A DNA stretch of 32,000 bases, from positions 17,166 to 49,165 of the forward strand of contig CAWEUH010000057.1 of the NCBI GenBank assembly GCA_963811985.1, given 5' to 3'. The notes beneath the pieces were generated by a model. The model had not been told where the DNA came from. It worked only from the letters and a program-made list of their open reading frames with translations, and made no database searches. Positions 8,375 to 17,748 of the stretch are shown one piece after another. A program made the translations under genes and the position numbers. The DNA is from an uncultured delta proteobacterium (GTDB taxonomy: Bacteria > Myxococcota_A > Polyangia > Polyangiales > Polyangiaceae). The stretch's first letter is position 1. Each line of letters begins with the position of its first letter.

Positions 8375-9079
8375 CTATCTCCGCTCAATTGCCGTGAGCA
8401 GCAGCCCCACGTACGACGTTACGATGCGTTCGCGATCGATGGCTGGCGCGCCGCCTTCGTGTTGCGGCACAAGGCCCGCCCACAGTAGTGGATCTAGCTG
8501 AGGAGCCACTTGATCGACGGACTCGAGGACTTTCACACTTAGTGCGACAACGCCATGCATGCCCGCGAGCGATTGAAGAATTGTCAGCCGTGTGTCTAGG
8601 TGCGGTCGAATCGAGCCGTCCCTCTTTCCGAGTTCGAAAACACCGACCGCGAGATGCAGCGCTCGCTTGACGAATTTAGCGTAGCTGGCAGCAAGTGGTT
8701 CAGCGCTCGGGAATTGCCACTCCGGTGTGAGCCAGGCGCCGGCCAGGCAGAACTTGGCGGGATCGCTGAGCGAGTAGCGGGCATACGTTTCCAACAGCGC
8801 CCGTGTGCGTTCGAAGCCAGTTCCCGTCATTGGGATAGCCTCGAGTTTTTCGACCAGCTCTTGCAGCGAGCTGACAGCGAGTGTCAGGTAAAGCTGTTCT
8901 TTGCTTTCGAAGTGCACGTAGACCACGCCCTTGCTGACTCCGGCGTGACGCGCGATATCGTCCACGGTGGCCGCCGACACGCCACGAAGGGCAAACACTT
9001 GCTCGGCGGCTCTTTCGATGCGAGCTTGCCGCTCTGCCCGATCCTCGACCCGCTTGTAATTGGCTGCAACGCCCCGCAT
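8375..9079 (-). CDS. TetR/AcrR family transcriptional regulator
   Basis: 234-aa ORF. The N-terminal HTH RIERAAEQVFALRGVSAATVDDIARHAGVSKGVVYVHFESKEQLY is the TetR_N signature. Confidence 0.9.
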   Translation of the reverse strand: MRGVAANYKRVEDRAERQARIERAAEQVFALRGVSAATVDDIARHAGVSKGVVYVHFESKEQLYLTLAVSSLQELVEKLEAIPMTGTGFERTRALLETYARYSLSDPAKFCLAGAWLTPEWQFPSAEPLAASYAKFVKRALHLAVGVFELGKRDGSIRPHLDTRLTILQSLAGMHGVVALSVKVLESVDQVAPQLDPLLWAGLVPQHEGGAPAIDRERIVTSYVGLLLTAIERR

Positions 9080-9090
9080 ACCGCGTTCAT

Positions 9091-9101
9091 AATGTTACAT
9101 T
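9091..9101. promoter_or_regulatory. Short palindrome AATGT-T-ACATT 12 nt upstream of the TetR start (candidate operator)
   Basis: aatgttacatt is a perfect 5-1-5 inverted repeat in the TetR 5' region. Too short to be decisive. Confidence 0.25.
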
Positions 9102-9390
9102 CGAGCAGCCGGCAATAGAGAATTGTGAAGCCAAGTGACCAGGCCTTACGGCATTGCGTTTTGTCCAAATCTCTCGCAGTTTCAGCGCGTTTGCACACGC
9201 GTCGGATCAGTCGAACCGACATCGACTCCCACCTCACGACATGGACAGCCATCTCGGGGCCCTGAGAAATCGCCAAAGACGCCACCAGCGCCAATTTCGC
9301 CATGAGGGATTCTTCATGGGGCGCCCCTTGGCGAACTTGGTGCCCCGGCGGTTTCCGAGAAACGCGTCAGGTCGTTTCCGCCTCGCGCGA

Positions 9391-10566
9391 TTACCGCTTC
9401 GCGGGCTTTGGGTAGTCTCTCGCTTCGGGCCCGAGCAGCGTGCCGCAGATTGTGTTGCAGCGGACCTCGCCCTTGGCGCACCCGCAGTTGCCCTTCTCGG
9501 CTTTGGTTTTGAGGGCCCTTTGCACCTGGGCGCGCGTGAAACCGGCAATCTGTTCTACCTTCTCGAACCTCCAATTGTCTTTGCGCTGCTTGGTCGTGCG
9601 AGGATCGGTCGGTTGTTGATCGGGCTCGGCGCAGCAACGAAAACTCAGGAAGTAATAGTAGAAGCCTTCATCGTGCGTGTAGATCTTGGGGCGGCATTGG
9701 TTGCGCACGCCCTTGTACCAAGGGCCGCCCGTGTGCACGCTGTCGAATTTACCTCGAAAGTCCGAGCTAAACGTTTCACTAGACACGACTTCGTCCGTGT
9801 TGCCCGGCATGTCGTAGACCCCGTACTCGCTCGCACACTGAGGTTGCGAGCCACTGCGCACGCCCTTCCACAACCGCGCCAATTCCGCCGCGTCGCGCTG
9901 TGCCACCTTCTTCATATCGGGTGAATCCCACATCACGTCGCCGTGACAGAGGTTGGTGTCGCGTACGTAGCCGTACGGGAATGGCTTGTATTTCGGGCCT
10001 TCGCAGGTCATCGTCCATTCGGACTCCGTGCACAGGCGCTTGCCTGCGGCCGCGCACTTGACTTCGGCCTGGTGAAACTTGTTCATCACTTCGGGCCGTT
10101 CGCCGGCACGGTTGGGCCACTCGTAGCGGTCAATGCAGAAACGCTTGTGCTTGAGCTGACCTACGCACTCGCTTTTCGGCTCAAAACGTTCGCAGATTGT
10201 CTTCTTGTTAGACTTGTCGTACCAACTCTCGAGGCAATGGTGCTTGACTTCAGTGCAATACTCGCCGTCTATGAGTTGCATGTCCGCCGGACACGCTGCA
10301 GCCTTTGGTGACGACGCTTGCGCTTGCGTGGCGGCATGCGACGTCGCGTTGCGTGCGGTGGGTTCAACTGGGCGCGGCACGCCGGCATCTGACTCGGGTC
10401 GAATCGACCGACGGCCTTGATTCAACGTCACTCCCTTACCGGTTTTGTTCGAGCTCGAGGCAGCGGGTACCGCCTGGGGACGTCCGGATTCGCTGTGCGC
10501 CGCCCCGCAGGCCGCCTGAGCCGCGCAAGCCATCAAAAAACCAGCGATCAAGCGTGATCCACGCAT
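9391..10566 (-). CDS. Formylglycine-generating-enzyme (FGE-sulfatase/SUMF1) domain protein, secreted or lipoprotein
   Basis: ORF 9391..10725, with the start moved to ATG 10566, which is preceded by AAGGAG (caaggagccaaatATG). Signal peptide MRGSRLIAGFLMACAAQAACG. FGE-type blocks CIDRYEWPN, LCTESEWTMTCEG, FPYGY and YGVYDMPGNTDEVV. Cys-rich flanks. Confidence 0.85.
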   Translation of the reverse strand: MRGSRLIAGFLMACAAQAACGAAHSESGRPQAVPAASSSNKTGKGVTLNQGRRSIRPESDAGVPRPVEPTARNATSHAATQAQASSPKAAACPADMQLIDGEYCTEVKHHCLESWYDKSNKKTICERFEPKSECVGQLKHKRFCIDRYEWPNRAGERPEVMNKFHQAEVKCAAAGKRLCTESEWTMTCEGPKYKPFPYGYVRDTNLCHGDVMWDSPDMKKVAQRDAAELARLWKGVRSGSQPQCASEYGVYDMPGNTDEVVSSETFSSDFRGKFDSVHTGGPWYKGVRNQCRPKIYTHDEGFYYYFLSFRCCAEPDQQPTDPRTTKQRKDNWRFEKVEQIAGFTRAQVQRALKTKAEKGNCGCAKGEVRCNTICGTLLGPEARDYPKPAKR

Positions 10567-10728
10567 ATTTGGCTCCTTGTGCCACAAACCAGGACCTCTG
10601 ACTCTCGTGAACTTATTCTGGCTACGGAGGCGGGGCAAAATCGCGTACGCCTGCAGCGGCGCACTTTCAGGAACAATCGACTTGAGCTCTCGCGGGTCGG
10701 CCGCTAGGTTACGGCCGAGGTACAAACC

Positions 10729-11241
10729 GTGACGATTGGCTCAGCCCACGCTCCCCTCGTGGGAGTCATCATGGGGTCCCAGAGTGATTGGGAGACCATG
10801 CAGCATGTATCCGTGACGCTCAATGAGTTGGGGGTTCCGCATGAAGTGCAGGTGGTTTCGGCCCACCGCACGCCGGATCGCATGTTCGAATACGCAGCTT
10901 CCGCCGAGGGGCGGGGGCTGCGCGTCATCATCGCGGGCGCAGGCGGTGCTGCGCACTTGCCCGGCATGACGGCTTCGAAAACCGCATTGCCAGTCCTCGG
11001 CGTGCCAATCCAAAGCAAGACACTGAACGGCATTGATTCCCTATTGTCGATCGCGCAGATGCCAGCGGGCATTGCCGTGGGCACCTTAGCCATTGGCAGA
11101 GCCGGCGCGGTCAATGCGGCCTTGTTGGCCACAGCCATCCTTGGCGGCGAGTTTCCCAAGTTTCGCGAAGCATTACACCGTTTCCGTGACGCCCAAACCC
11201 AAACAGTCTTGGATAATCAAGATCCGCGTTCGGAAACTTAA
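10729..11241 (+). CDS. purE: N5-carboxyaminoimidazole ribonucleotide mutase
   Basis: 170-aa ORF with a GTG start. [17 protein letters not shown]...[15 protein letters not shown]...[26 protein letters not shown] is the canonical PurE sequence. Confidence 0.95.
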   Translation: MTIGSAHAPLVGVIMGSQSDWETMQHVSVTLNELGVPHEVQVVSAHRTPDRMFEYAASAEGRGLRVIIAGAGGAAHLPGMTASKTALPVLGVPIQSKTLNGIDSLLSIAQMPAGIAVGTLAIGRAGAVNAALLATAILGGEFPKFREALHRFRDAQTQTVLDNQDPRSET

Positions 11242-11285
11242 TTTTCCCCGAAATGGACTGACGGGACTCCTCTCGGCCGGTGAAA

Positions 11286-12347
11286 CTATGCTACCCGAGT
11301 CTCGTCGTACAATGCTCGCAATGTCGCGTGCGCCGCTACCTGTTGGCCGCGTGAAATGGCCCACACAATGTCGCGGGCTTTCTCGTTGATCGGCGTCTTG
11401 ACGCCCAAGTGTTGACCCCGGGTGATGACCTCCCCGTTCAAGAACTCGACGGCGGGGGTGTGGCCGCGCTCAATCGCGCGCAGCATCGAGCTGCGCAGCC
11501 TTCGGTATTTCGCGCCAAGCCCGAGCGCCGCGGTGTGTTGCGCCCAGCTTCGCGCCGCGGCTCGCAAGCCCGCGCTATCCTCGGGCGTCGCCACCAGCCA
11601 CTGCAGCGGGATCGTGCCCGGCAACCGTTCGAGCTTGATCGACGAGGCGCGGGCGACCGCGACGGCTTCACCCATCACTTCGAACGCAAGCTCGCGCGCA
11701 TAGGACTTGTTGAGCAGCGCGCCCAGCTGGTCGCCGCCAATGGTCCCCAGCGTCGATACGGCGCAATTGAAGACCAGTTTTGACCAACGAATCCCCATCA
11801 GGTTCTGGGAGATGCGCACCTTGCCCAATCCCCTGAGACGTTCGGCGAGCCGAGTCAGTGCTGCATCGACGCTCCCATCGACGCGGCCCAAGACGACACC
11901 GCCGCCCGGCACGTGCTCGCAGACCCCTGCTCCGTGAGATTTGGCGCCAAAGGCAATGACGGCGCCAATCACGTTCTTCGTGCCCACTTGCGCGGCGACG
12001 CGCTCCTCGCATAGGCCATTCTGCAAACACACGGCTTGCGTCCCTGTGGCAAACACACTCGACAGGCCAGTGACCACCGCTTCGACGTCGGTGGGTTGCG
12101 TCGCCAATACGACGTAGTCATACGGCGCCATCTGCCCGAGGCCGTCGCATACAACGCGGGGCTTTACCAAGACCCCGGATCGCAATTCGCGAAGTCCCGA
12201 TGCGTTGACGATGCGCTCGACTTCGGGTCGGCGAACGAGCACCGTGACGTCACAATCCGCCGCGCAAAGCGCGTGCGCCACAACACCGCCCAATGCGCCC
12301 AAGCCAACTACGAGAAACCGCGACTGCTCGGGCCGAGTCACCATCAT
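11286..12347 (-). CDS. 2-dehydropantoate 2-reductase family oxidoreductase (ApbA/PanE)
   Basis: 353-aa ORF. N-terminal Rossmann motif FLVVGLGALGG. The C-terminal block SSMLRAIERGHTPAVEFLNGEVITRGQHLGVKTPINE matches the ApbA_C pattern. Confidence 0.8.
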   Translation of the reverse strand: MMVTRPEQSRFLVVGLGALGGVVAHALCAADCDVTVLVRRPEVERIVNASGLRELRSGVLVKPRVVCDGLGQMAPYDYVVLATQPTDVEAVVTGLSSVFATGTQAVCLQNGLCEERVAAQVGTKNVIGAVIAFGAKSHGAGVCEHVPGGGVVLGRVDGSVDAALTRLAERLRGLGKVRISQNLMGIRWSKLVFNCAVSTLGTIGGDQLGALLNKSYARELAFEVMGEAVAVARASSIKLERLPGTIPLQWLVATPEDSAGLRAAARSWAQHTAALGLGAKYRRLRSSMLRAIERGHTPAVEFLNGEVITRGQHLGVKTPINEKARDIVWAISRGQQVAAHATLRALYDETRVA

Positions 12348-12713
12348 AGGTCATGTTGCCATGACTCTGGTTTTTTGCAGCGAAACTTGCAGGACCTCGA
12401 GTCAGTCAAATCTCCCCGATGCCGTCGTTTGGGCCGGGTCCCAAACGACCAACACAATCGAAACGTCGGAACGGACGAAGGTACAGGTCACCGACGTATT
12501 AGGTTTGGCGGTGTGAGCATGGCTTCGCCGCCTGGCAGGAGCCCCGTTAGCAAATTTTATTGTCAATTTCCTGATTTTGATGTACTCGGCGTGCCCGAAG
12601 AACGTCAAACTTCTGCGGCCCGTCCTAAGCGCGCTTCCCCCTCCCCCCTCCTGCGCGTTTGGTTGCGGGCCGCTCTTTTTTGCGACCACCGAATCGGGTC
12701 GCGTAGCAGCCGC

Positions 12714-13637
12714 TTAGCTTCGAGCAAGCGCCGCGGCCAGCGCCAGTCTAAGATCCGGGTACCGGTACTCGAAGCCTTCGCGCTCGAGCACCGAGGGTGT
12801 CACACGTTGCCCACCTAGAATAGAGTCCGCGCCCTGGCCGAAGGCGATCTTCACGGCCAAAGCCGGAACCGGAAGGATGGCGATCCTTTGCAAGGCGTCG
12901 GCGAGAGCGGATGTGAACCGTTCATTGGTGACACAACTTGGCGACACGACATTGACCGGGCCGCGCACGCTTTCGCGATCCACGCAGAATGCCAACGCGG
13001 CCGCAGCGTCATCCAGTGATACCCACGCCATTGGCTGGCGCCCCGAGGCGATTCGGCCACCAAGCCCGAGGCGGAACAGGGGCAGCAACTTCGCGACAAT
13101 GCCGCCGCTTGCGCCAATCACGACGCCAAGCCGCGCGATCACCACGCGGACCCCAAACAAGTCAGCCTTGGACGCGGCGGACTCCCACTCGTGGCAAACC
13201 TGGGCCATGAAATCATCGCCAGCGGGTGCTGACTCGTCTAGCGACTGTTCCGTGGGACGAGAACCATAAAAACCAACAGCCGAAGCGCAAATGAGAACTT
13301 TGGGCCGGACCGGAGATTGCCCGATGGCATCAACGAGCCGCCGCGTGCTTTTCACGCGGGAATCTCTGATTTGCCGCTTCACTGGTTCCGTGAGCCTGCG
13401 CCCGACCGCGGGCTCGCCGGCTAGGTGAACCACGGCGTCTTGCTGCGCTAGCTCCTGCGTCCAGGGCCCATAATCCAGGTAATTCCACTGTACTCCCCTG
13501 GCTTCCCCTGGGAGCCGCGCTTGGATGCGGCGTAGATCACGCCCCAAAACAGTGACTGTCCGTCCAGCGCGGAGCAGCGTCGAAACCAGCTTTTGTCCGA
13601 CAAAACCCGTGCCGCCCGTCACCAAGATGTTCTTCAC
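12714..13637 (-). CDS. TIGR01777/YfcH-type NAD-dependent epimerase family protein (with DUF1731-like C-terminus)
   Basis: ORF 12714..13748. Start set at GTG 13637, giving VKNILVTGGTGFVGQKL. Further matches: VVHLAGEP, SAVGFYGSR, CHEWE, GVRVVIARLGVVIG, GLGGRIASGRQPMAWVSLDD and FEYRYPDL. Confidence 0.85.
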   Translation of the reverse strand: MKNILVTGGTGFVGQKLVSTLLRAGRTVTVLGRDLRRIQARLPGEARGVQWNYLDYGPWTQELAQQDAVVHLAGEPAVGRRLTEPVKRQIRDSRVKSTRRLVDAIGQSPVRPKVLICASAVGFYGSRPTEQSLDESAPAGDDFMAQVCHEWESAASKADLFGVRVVIARLGVVIGASGGIVAKLLPLFRLGLGGRIASGRQPMAWVSLDDAAAALAFCVDRESVRGPVNVVSPSCVTNERFTSALADALQRIAILPVPALAVKIAFGQGADSILGGQRVTPSVLEREGFEYRYPDLRLALAAALARS

Positions 13638-13762
13638 ACGCAACTTGTAGCCCGAGACGGACGTTACGAAAAGCAGCAGGTTCTGATTGAGGCCCCGTAT
13701 ATGTGGAAAATCCTGATGTCGTTCTCTGGACGCGGCGACAAAAACCATCTAGTAGGCATTTC

Positions 13763-14383
13763 ATGATGTCCTATGGAATTAAGAGTGGCTTCGTCGCGGT
13801 ACTTCTAGGGGTCATGGCGGGTGGCTGCGCCAGTTCACCGGTAGCGCCGTTCAATCAAGTGGAGAAATCCAATCTGCTGGTCTTCCGGCTGCAGAACTAC
13901 GAGCCACCGGTGGCGTCGGCACCGGCGGCAGGTCAGCCAGCTCCCATTCTGCAAGGTCTGCCGCCTGAGATTCAGACCTGGATCCAACAGGGAGCGCAGG
14001 GGCTACAGCAATTGATCCCGCCGGGCCTTCTCGGCAATCTGGCACCTGCTGCGGCTCAGCCTGTGCCCGACGCGCCACGCTTCTACGGCTTTAGGATCTT
14101 GGGGCAGACTAATGTCTCCGATCCGGATCTCAAGAAACAAATCGCCGACCTGTTCGGCACCAAAGACAATTTTGAGGCCCCGAAGACCAGTTGCCTGTAT
14201 CCAGAGCTCGGTTTCTCATTTGGGCCTGGGCCGGGATCGCCGTCTAACGACTTTCTCGTGTCGTTCAGCTGCAACCAGGTGCAGGCGCGCAGCTTTGCTT
14301 GGCCGCACCCCTACACGGGGATGACATCCAACACTGTCAGTGACCTTACGCAGATCGTAAAGAAGATCTGGCCGGGCGGTTAA
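13763..14383 (+). CDS. Hypothetical lipoprotein
   Basis: ORF 13703..14383, with the start set at ATG 13763 (MMSYGIKSGFVAVLLGVMAGGCASS, signal peptide plus lipobox-like GGC). Pro/Gln-rich linker followed by a globular C-terminal part. Confidence 0.7.
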   Translation: MMSYGIKSGFVAVLLGVMAGGCASSPVAPFNQVEKSNLLVFRLQNYEPPVASAPAAGQPAPILQGLPPEIQTWIQQGAQGLQQLIPPGLLGNLAPAAAQPVPDAPRFYGFRILGQTNVSDPDLKKQIADLFGTKDNFEAPKTSCLYPELGFSFGPGPGSPSNDFLVSFSCNQVQARSFAWPHPYTGMTSNTVSDLTQIVKKIWPGG

Positions 14384-14406
14384 ATCCCGCCCTCGAAGGG
14401 AAAGGT

Positions 14407-15003
14407 TTGCGTCAAAGACCCGTTCTCATGCCCGGTGGGTGGCCCAACGAGGAAACTGAACGGGAGGTTTGCGCGCGCGCTTTGCTCGCGGGCGGCGGCG
14501 ACATCGAACGCATCTACGACGAGTCACAACTCGGCCTCGACGCGTACATTCGGCATATCGTCCGCGTTCCTTTCTTCAAATTGGCGCAAGAAAACCCGAT
14601 TGTGCTGGTGACGGGCAAGATGCAGACGGTGGTCAGCTTGCTCGGGTTTTACACACGGCTCTATGAGTTGACCGACCAATTCGACAGAGCTAGCTGGATA
14701 GCGTATCTGACGCGAAGTCACGTCAACGAATTCTTGCGTGATGCCGAATCGTGGGGCGACGTAGAATATATGGGCAATGAGATGTACCGCTGGTACACGT
14801 CGCCCGTGCCGATTCTCGTGATCTCCGATCGCAGCCGTGCATCCGGGTTGCTGGCGGCCGTGGCCGGTCTCGAGCTTGCACCTGAATCAGGCGTCATTGC
14901 GCTGACCGAGCCCGCGACTACCAACCCGGCGCACGGCGACCTGCCTGAGCGTCACTCGTCCGCGCAACCGAGAAGCCCGAGGATCCGTCGCAACACCGGC
15001 TGA
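14407..15003 (+). CDS. Hypothetical protein
   Basis: 198-aa ORF (TTG at 14407; ATG alternative at 14428) with coding-like composition. No family recognised. Confidence 0.5.
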   Translation: MRQRPVLMPGGWPNEETEREVCARALLAGGGDIERIYDESQLGLDAYIRHIVRVPFFKLAQENPIVLVTGKMQTVVSLLGFYTRLYELTDQFDRASWIAYLTRSHVNEFLRDAESWGDVEYMGNEMYRWYTSPVPILVISDRSRASGLLAAVAGLELAPESGVIALTEPATTNPAHGDLPERHSSAQPRSPRIRRNTG

Positions 15004-15233
15004 CCATCGCGCTGCAGGCCAATTCCCCGCCAGGATCTGCGGGCGGCGCAAGCACCTACTTCTGCCGCTGGAGATTTGAGCAAGCCCGCCCGCAAAGCCT
15101 GGTCGCGGCCGAAGTTTTCGGCGAGCACCGGAGCGGAACGTACGAGGGTACTTGAGCACCGGAGCGCAGCCAAAACGCAGGCCCCGGCCAGGATCTGCGG
15201 GCGTCGTGGCAGGTTGAATTGTGGCGGAAGTAC

Positions 15234-15947
15234 TTATTCGTCGTGGGAGACTGGCTCCCAGCAGGCATAGTCGTACGTAAGATCGAAATCGGCGGAGTTT
15301 ACTTCTATGAGGTGCCCCGCATCATCGTACGAAAACGTGGATGTGCTTGCCGTGTTGACCGCGCCGCCGGCAGTGTACCCGGTCACCTCTTGGATGCGAC
15401 AATCGGCGGTTTCGTACACGAACCGCACGGCGGTATTAGTAGGGGTAGCGTCCTGACCATTATCCTGCTCGCTGTAGGTAAGCGTTAGAGGATAACCTTT
15501 GTCATCCAACGCGTAGTCGTAGATGTAATTTTTGTTGGCTGGAGCAAATCGGGTGTACCCGGCGGTGCCGGCGCCATAGCGGTAGGTCACGTTCGAAAGC
15601 AGACCCAATTCGAAGTGCGTCTCCTGGTCCAAGAGCCCGTCCTTGTACGTGTATTCGAAATGGTGGTCGTTGTTGGCGGTCGCTGCCAGAGTCACCAACC
15701 CATCGGTGTACGTGTACACAATCGTGTAGGTCTTGGGAGAATTGCTCGAAGGTTGGTCGGTCTCCGTGTAGCTGCAGGGACCTAGGTCTGGGCCGTAGAA
15801 AAATGGCCCCACTCGCGGGAACAGCTTCTCCGCAGGCCAAGTTGGACAATCGGTGTCTTCAGGAGAACCGTTCGGGGCGCCTCCCGTACTCGAACCGCCT
15901 GCCGTCGTAAAATGGCTGGGGGAGTGTGTTGAACGATGAACAGCCAA
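15234..15947 (-). CDS. YD/RHS-repeat-like protein; probable lipoprotein whose signal peptide lies in another frame (see findings)
   Basis: 237-aa ORF with repeated Y-x-Y-x-D-G-type hairpin motifs (YTYTDGLVT, YTYKDGLLD, FSYDDAGHLIEV, TLTYSEQDNG). A lipoprotein signal MRSRCLLGLLIIGCSS starts at ATG 15981 in the frame offset by one nucleotide. Confidence 0.7.
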   Translation of the reverse strand: MAVHRSTHSPSHFTTAGGSSTGGAPNGSPEDTDCPTWPAEKLFPRVGPFFYGPDLGPCSYTETDQPSSNSPKTYTIVYTYTDGLVTLAATANNDHHFEYTYKDGLLDQETHFELGLLSNVTYRYGAGTAGYTRFAPANKNYIYDYALDDKGYPLTLTYSEQDNGQDATPTNTAVRFVYETADCRIQEVTGYTAGGAVNTASTSTFSYDDAGHLIEVNSADFDLTYDYACWEPVSHDE

Positions 15948-16113
15948 TGATCAGCAGACCCAACAAACACCGCGAACGCATGCGCGTATCCTAGGACAAG
16001 CGCCCTCGGGCGCCATGACCGTCGTGCGACATGTGCACGATTCATCGCGGAACAAGCAGGTGGGTCGAATATTTCTGCCCAAGGCATCATGGGACCGGAT
16101 ATGCTTGGACCCC

Positions 16114-16374
16114 ATGACGTTCGATGAGATGTGCGAACTGGCATTGCAGCGCAAGCGGGACATGCCCCCCGACAAGTCTACGACGGCCCTGTTCGAGAAA
16201 GGGACGCATGCAATTGGCAAGAAACTCGTCGAAGAAGCCGCGGAAAGTTGGATGGCGGCGCGCTACGAGGGCCGCGATGCCATAGCGCTCGAGTTGTCGC
16301 AGGTGCTCTACTACGTCGCCTGTATGATGGCCGAGACCGGCGTCACTCTCGAGGAAGTGTTCAGGCATTTATGA
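16114..16374 (+). CDS. hisE: Phosphoribosyl-ATP pyrophosphohydrolase
   Basis: ORF 16015..16374, with the start set at ATG 16114. MTFDEMCELALQRKRDMPPDKSTTALFEKGTHAIGKKLVEEAAESWMAA...LSQVLYYVACMMAETGVTLEEV matches HisE end to end. Its TGA overlaps the hisG ATG (ATGA). Confidence 0.9.
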   Translation: MTFDEMCELALQRKRDMPPDKSTTALFEKGTHAIGKKLVEEAAESWMAARYEGRDAIALELSQVLYYVACMMAETGVTLEEVFRHL

Positions 16375-17210
16375 TTAAGGTCGCCTTGCCCAATAAGGGC
16401 CAATTGTTCGAGCCAACACTCGAGATGTTCCTGGCTTGTGGCTATCGGGTCAATAAGTCGTTGCGCGATCTGAGTACCCTCGATCACGAAAATGAAGTCG
16501 AGTTCTTCTTCTTGCGTCCTTACGACATCCCACTATACGTTGCAAACGGCATCCTCGATGCAGGCGTCACCGGCCAGGACTTCGTTGCCGAAAAGGGCCT
16601 TTGCCCGACTTGCCTTTACGAACTCAACTACGGCCATTCCAGGCTTTGCGTCGCCGCGCCCGCGGACCTTGCCATTGCGTCAATCCGCGAACTGCGTGGA
16701 AAACGCATTGCGACCTCGTTCCCCAACTTGGCAGCACGGTTCTTTCCCGAACGCAACCTGCTGGTGCAACTTGAAGGCGCCGTGGAAATCTCAGTGCGCC
16801 TCGGCATCGCGGACGCCATCGTGGACATTGTCGAAACGGGAAGCACACTGCGGCAGGCCGGGCTCAAGATTGTCGGCGAGCCATTGTTCGAGTCGCACGC
16901 CGCGCTCTTTGCTCACCCAGGCCGCGAGCATCTTGACGAACTCATCACCCTGCGCAACCGCCTCGAAGGGCGCGTCTTGGCTCAAGAATACATGATGGTC
17001 GAGTATGATTGCCCAGAGGGCATTTTGAGGGCAGCCTGTGCCATGACTCCCGGTATCGAATCGCCAACCGTCATGTCCCTCGAAAAGACCGGCTGGTTCT
17101 CGGTCAAATCAATGGTCAAGCGACGTGAAGCTCAAAAGGTAATGGACCAACTCGCGCGCCTGGGTTGCCGAGGGATCTTGCTTTCGGCAATCGACAGCGT
17201 CCGCATCTGA
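16371..17210 (+). CDS. hisG: ATP phosphoribosyltransferase, long form with C-terminal regulatory domain
   Basis: In-frame ATG 16371 within ORF 16131..17210. MIKVALPNKGQLFEPTLEMF..., DIPLYVANGILDAGVTGQD, ADAIVDIVETGSTLRQAGL, plus a HisG_C-like tail (MVEYDCPEG...MSLEKTGWFSVKSMV). Confidence 0.95.
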   Translation: MIKVALPNKGQLFEPTLEMFLACGYRVNKSLRDLSTLDHENEVEFFFLRPYDIPLYVANGILDAGVTGQDFVAEKGLCPTCLYELNYGHSRLCVAAPADLAIASIRELRGKRIATSFPNLAARFFPERNLLVQLEGAVEISVRLGIADAIVDIVETGSTLRQAGLKIVGEPLFESHAALFAHPGREHLDELITLRNRLEGRVLAQEYMMVEYDCPEGILRAACAMTPGIESPTVMSLEKTGWFSVKSMVKRREAQKVMDQLARLGCRGILLSAIDSVRI

Positions 17211-17217
17211 GTGGCGT

Positions 17218-17646
17218 TCAGCACGCGCTCAACAAGTCGAGCAGCGGAATATCCGGCGATGCGGGGTTCACCTTTGCCTCGCGCGATTTTGCATCAACGA
17301 CGAGGTCTAGCGCTTCTAGTTGGATCTGTCCAATCAAAGGCGTTGAGCCCACGGGCATTACGAGGGCGTCACAGGTCATCGTACGCCCGAGGATTTCGAC
17401 TTGTAGGTTGCCGACCAGCGCTAGCTCTTTAACACTGCCATCAGCCAGACGCACTTTGCGCCAGTCCAATTGGGGCAGGCCCAATGTGTCGACGACTTCC
17501 TCGGGCAGCGCCAAGAGGGTTGCACCCGTGTCCATTAATGCGTCAAGCTCGAGCGTCCGCACTCGATTGAGTGGTAACGCGCCGTTACGTGCGTTGCCCG
17601 CATCCAGGGAATTCGTGAGTCTGATTCGTGTCATGACTTTGCCCAT
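17218..17646 (-). CDS. Retropepsin-like (clan AA) aspartic protease
   Basis: 142-aa ORF. The active-site block LDALMDTGATLLALPE (D-T-G-A) and the size are typical of bacterial single-domain retropepsin-like proteases. Confidence 0.75.
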   Translation of the reverse strand: MGKVMTRIRLTNSLDAGNARNGALPLNRVRTLELDALMDTGATLLALPEEVVDTLGLPQLDWRKVRLADGSVKELALVGNLQVEILGRTMTCDALVMPVGSTPLIGQIQLEALDLVVDAKSREAKVNPASPDIPLLDLLSAC

Positions 17647-17748
17647 TGCAGATTATCGGCCATAACGCTTGGTAAGTTGCTCGGATTATACGACGTCTAC
17701 CTCCAAAGGGCCGCAAAGTAGAAGCTTAACGGCGTTGGTGCTAGCCTC

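Noticed and set aside
9154-9924. 256-aa plus-strand ORF
   Set aside because: It is Arg/Leu-rich with no motifs and is antisense to the well-supported FGE-domain gene. This is the typical high-GC shadow ORF.
10704-11159. 151-aa minus-strand ORF
   Set aside because: It is antisense to purE, which is unambiguous.
12682-12702. Hairpin gcgacc/ggtcgc just after the epimerase stop as its terminator
   Set aside because: On the coding (minus) strand it is followed by an A-run, not a U-tract, and the stem is only 6 bp.
12036-12818. 260-aa plus-strand ORF spanning the 12348-12713 spacer
   Set aside because: It is Arg-rich and low-complexity. It is antisense to the 5' end of the reductase-family gene and the 3' end of the epimerase gene, and it has no start-site support.
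15029-15203. 17-nt direct repeat gccaggatctgcgggcg (15029-15045 and 15187-15203), plus gagcaccggagcg occurring twice, in the convergent spacer
   Set aside because: The repeat is real but short, with only two copies, no hairpin logic and no link to the other repeat family. It is probably a local duplication and not worth more without genome-wide counts.
16131-16370. N-terminal 80-codon extension of the hisG ORF
   Set aside because: The extension is out of frame over hisE and is not HisG-like. The conserved HisG N-terminus (MIKVALPNKG) starts at ATG 16371, coupled to the hisE stop.
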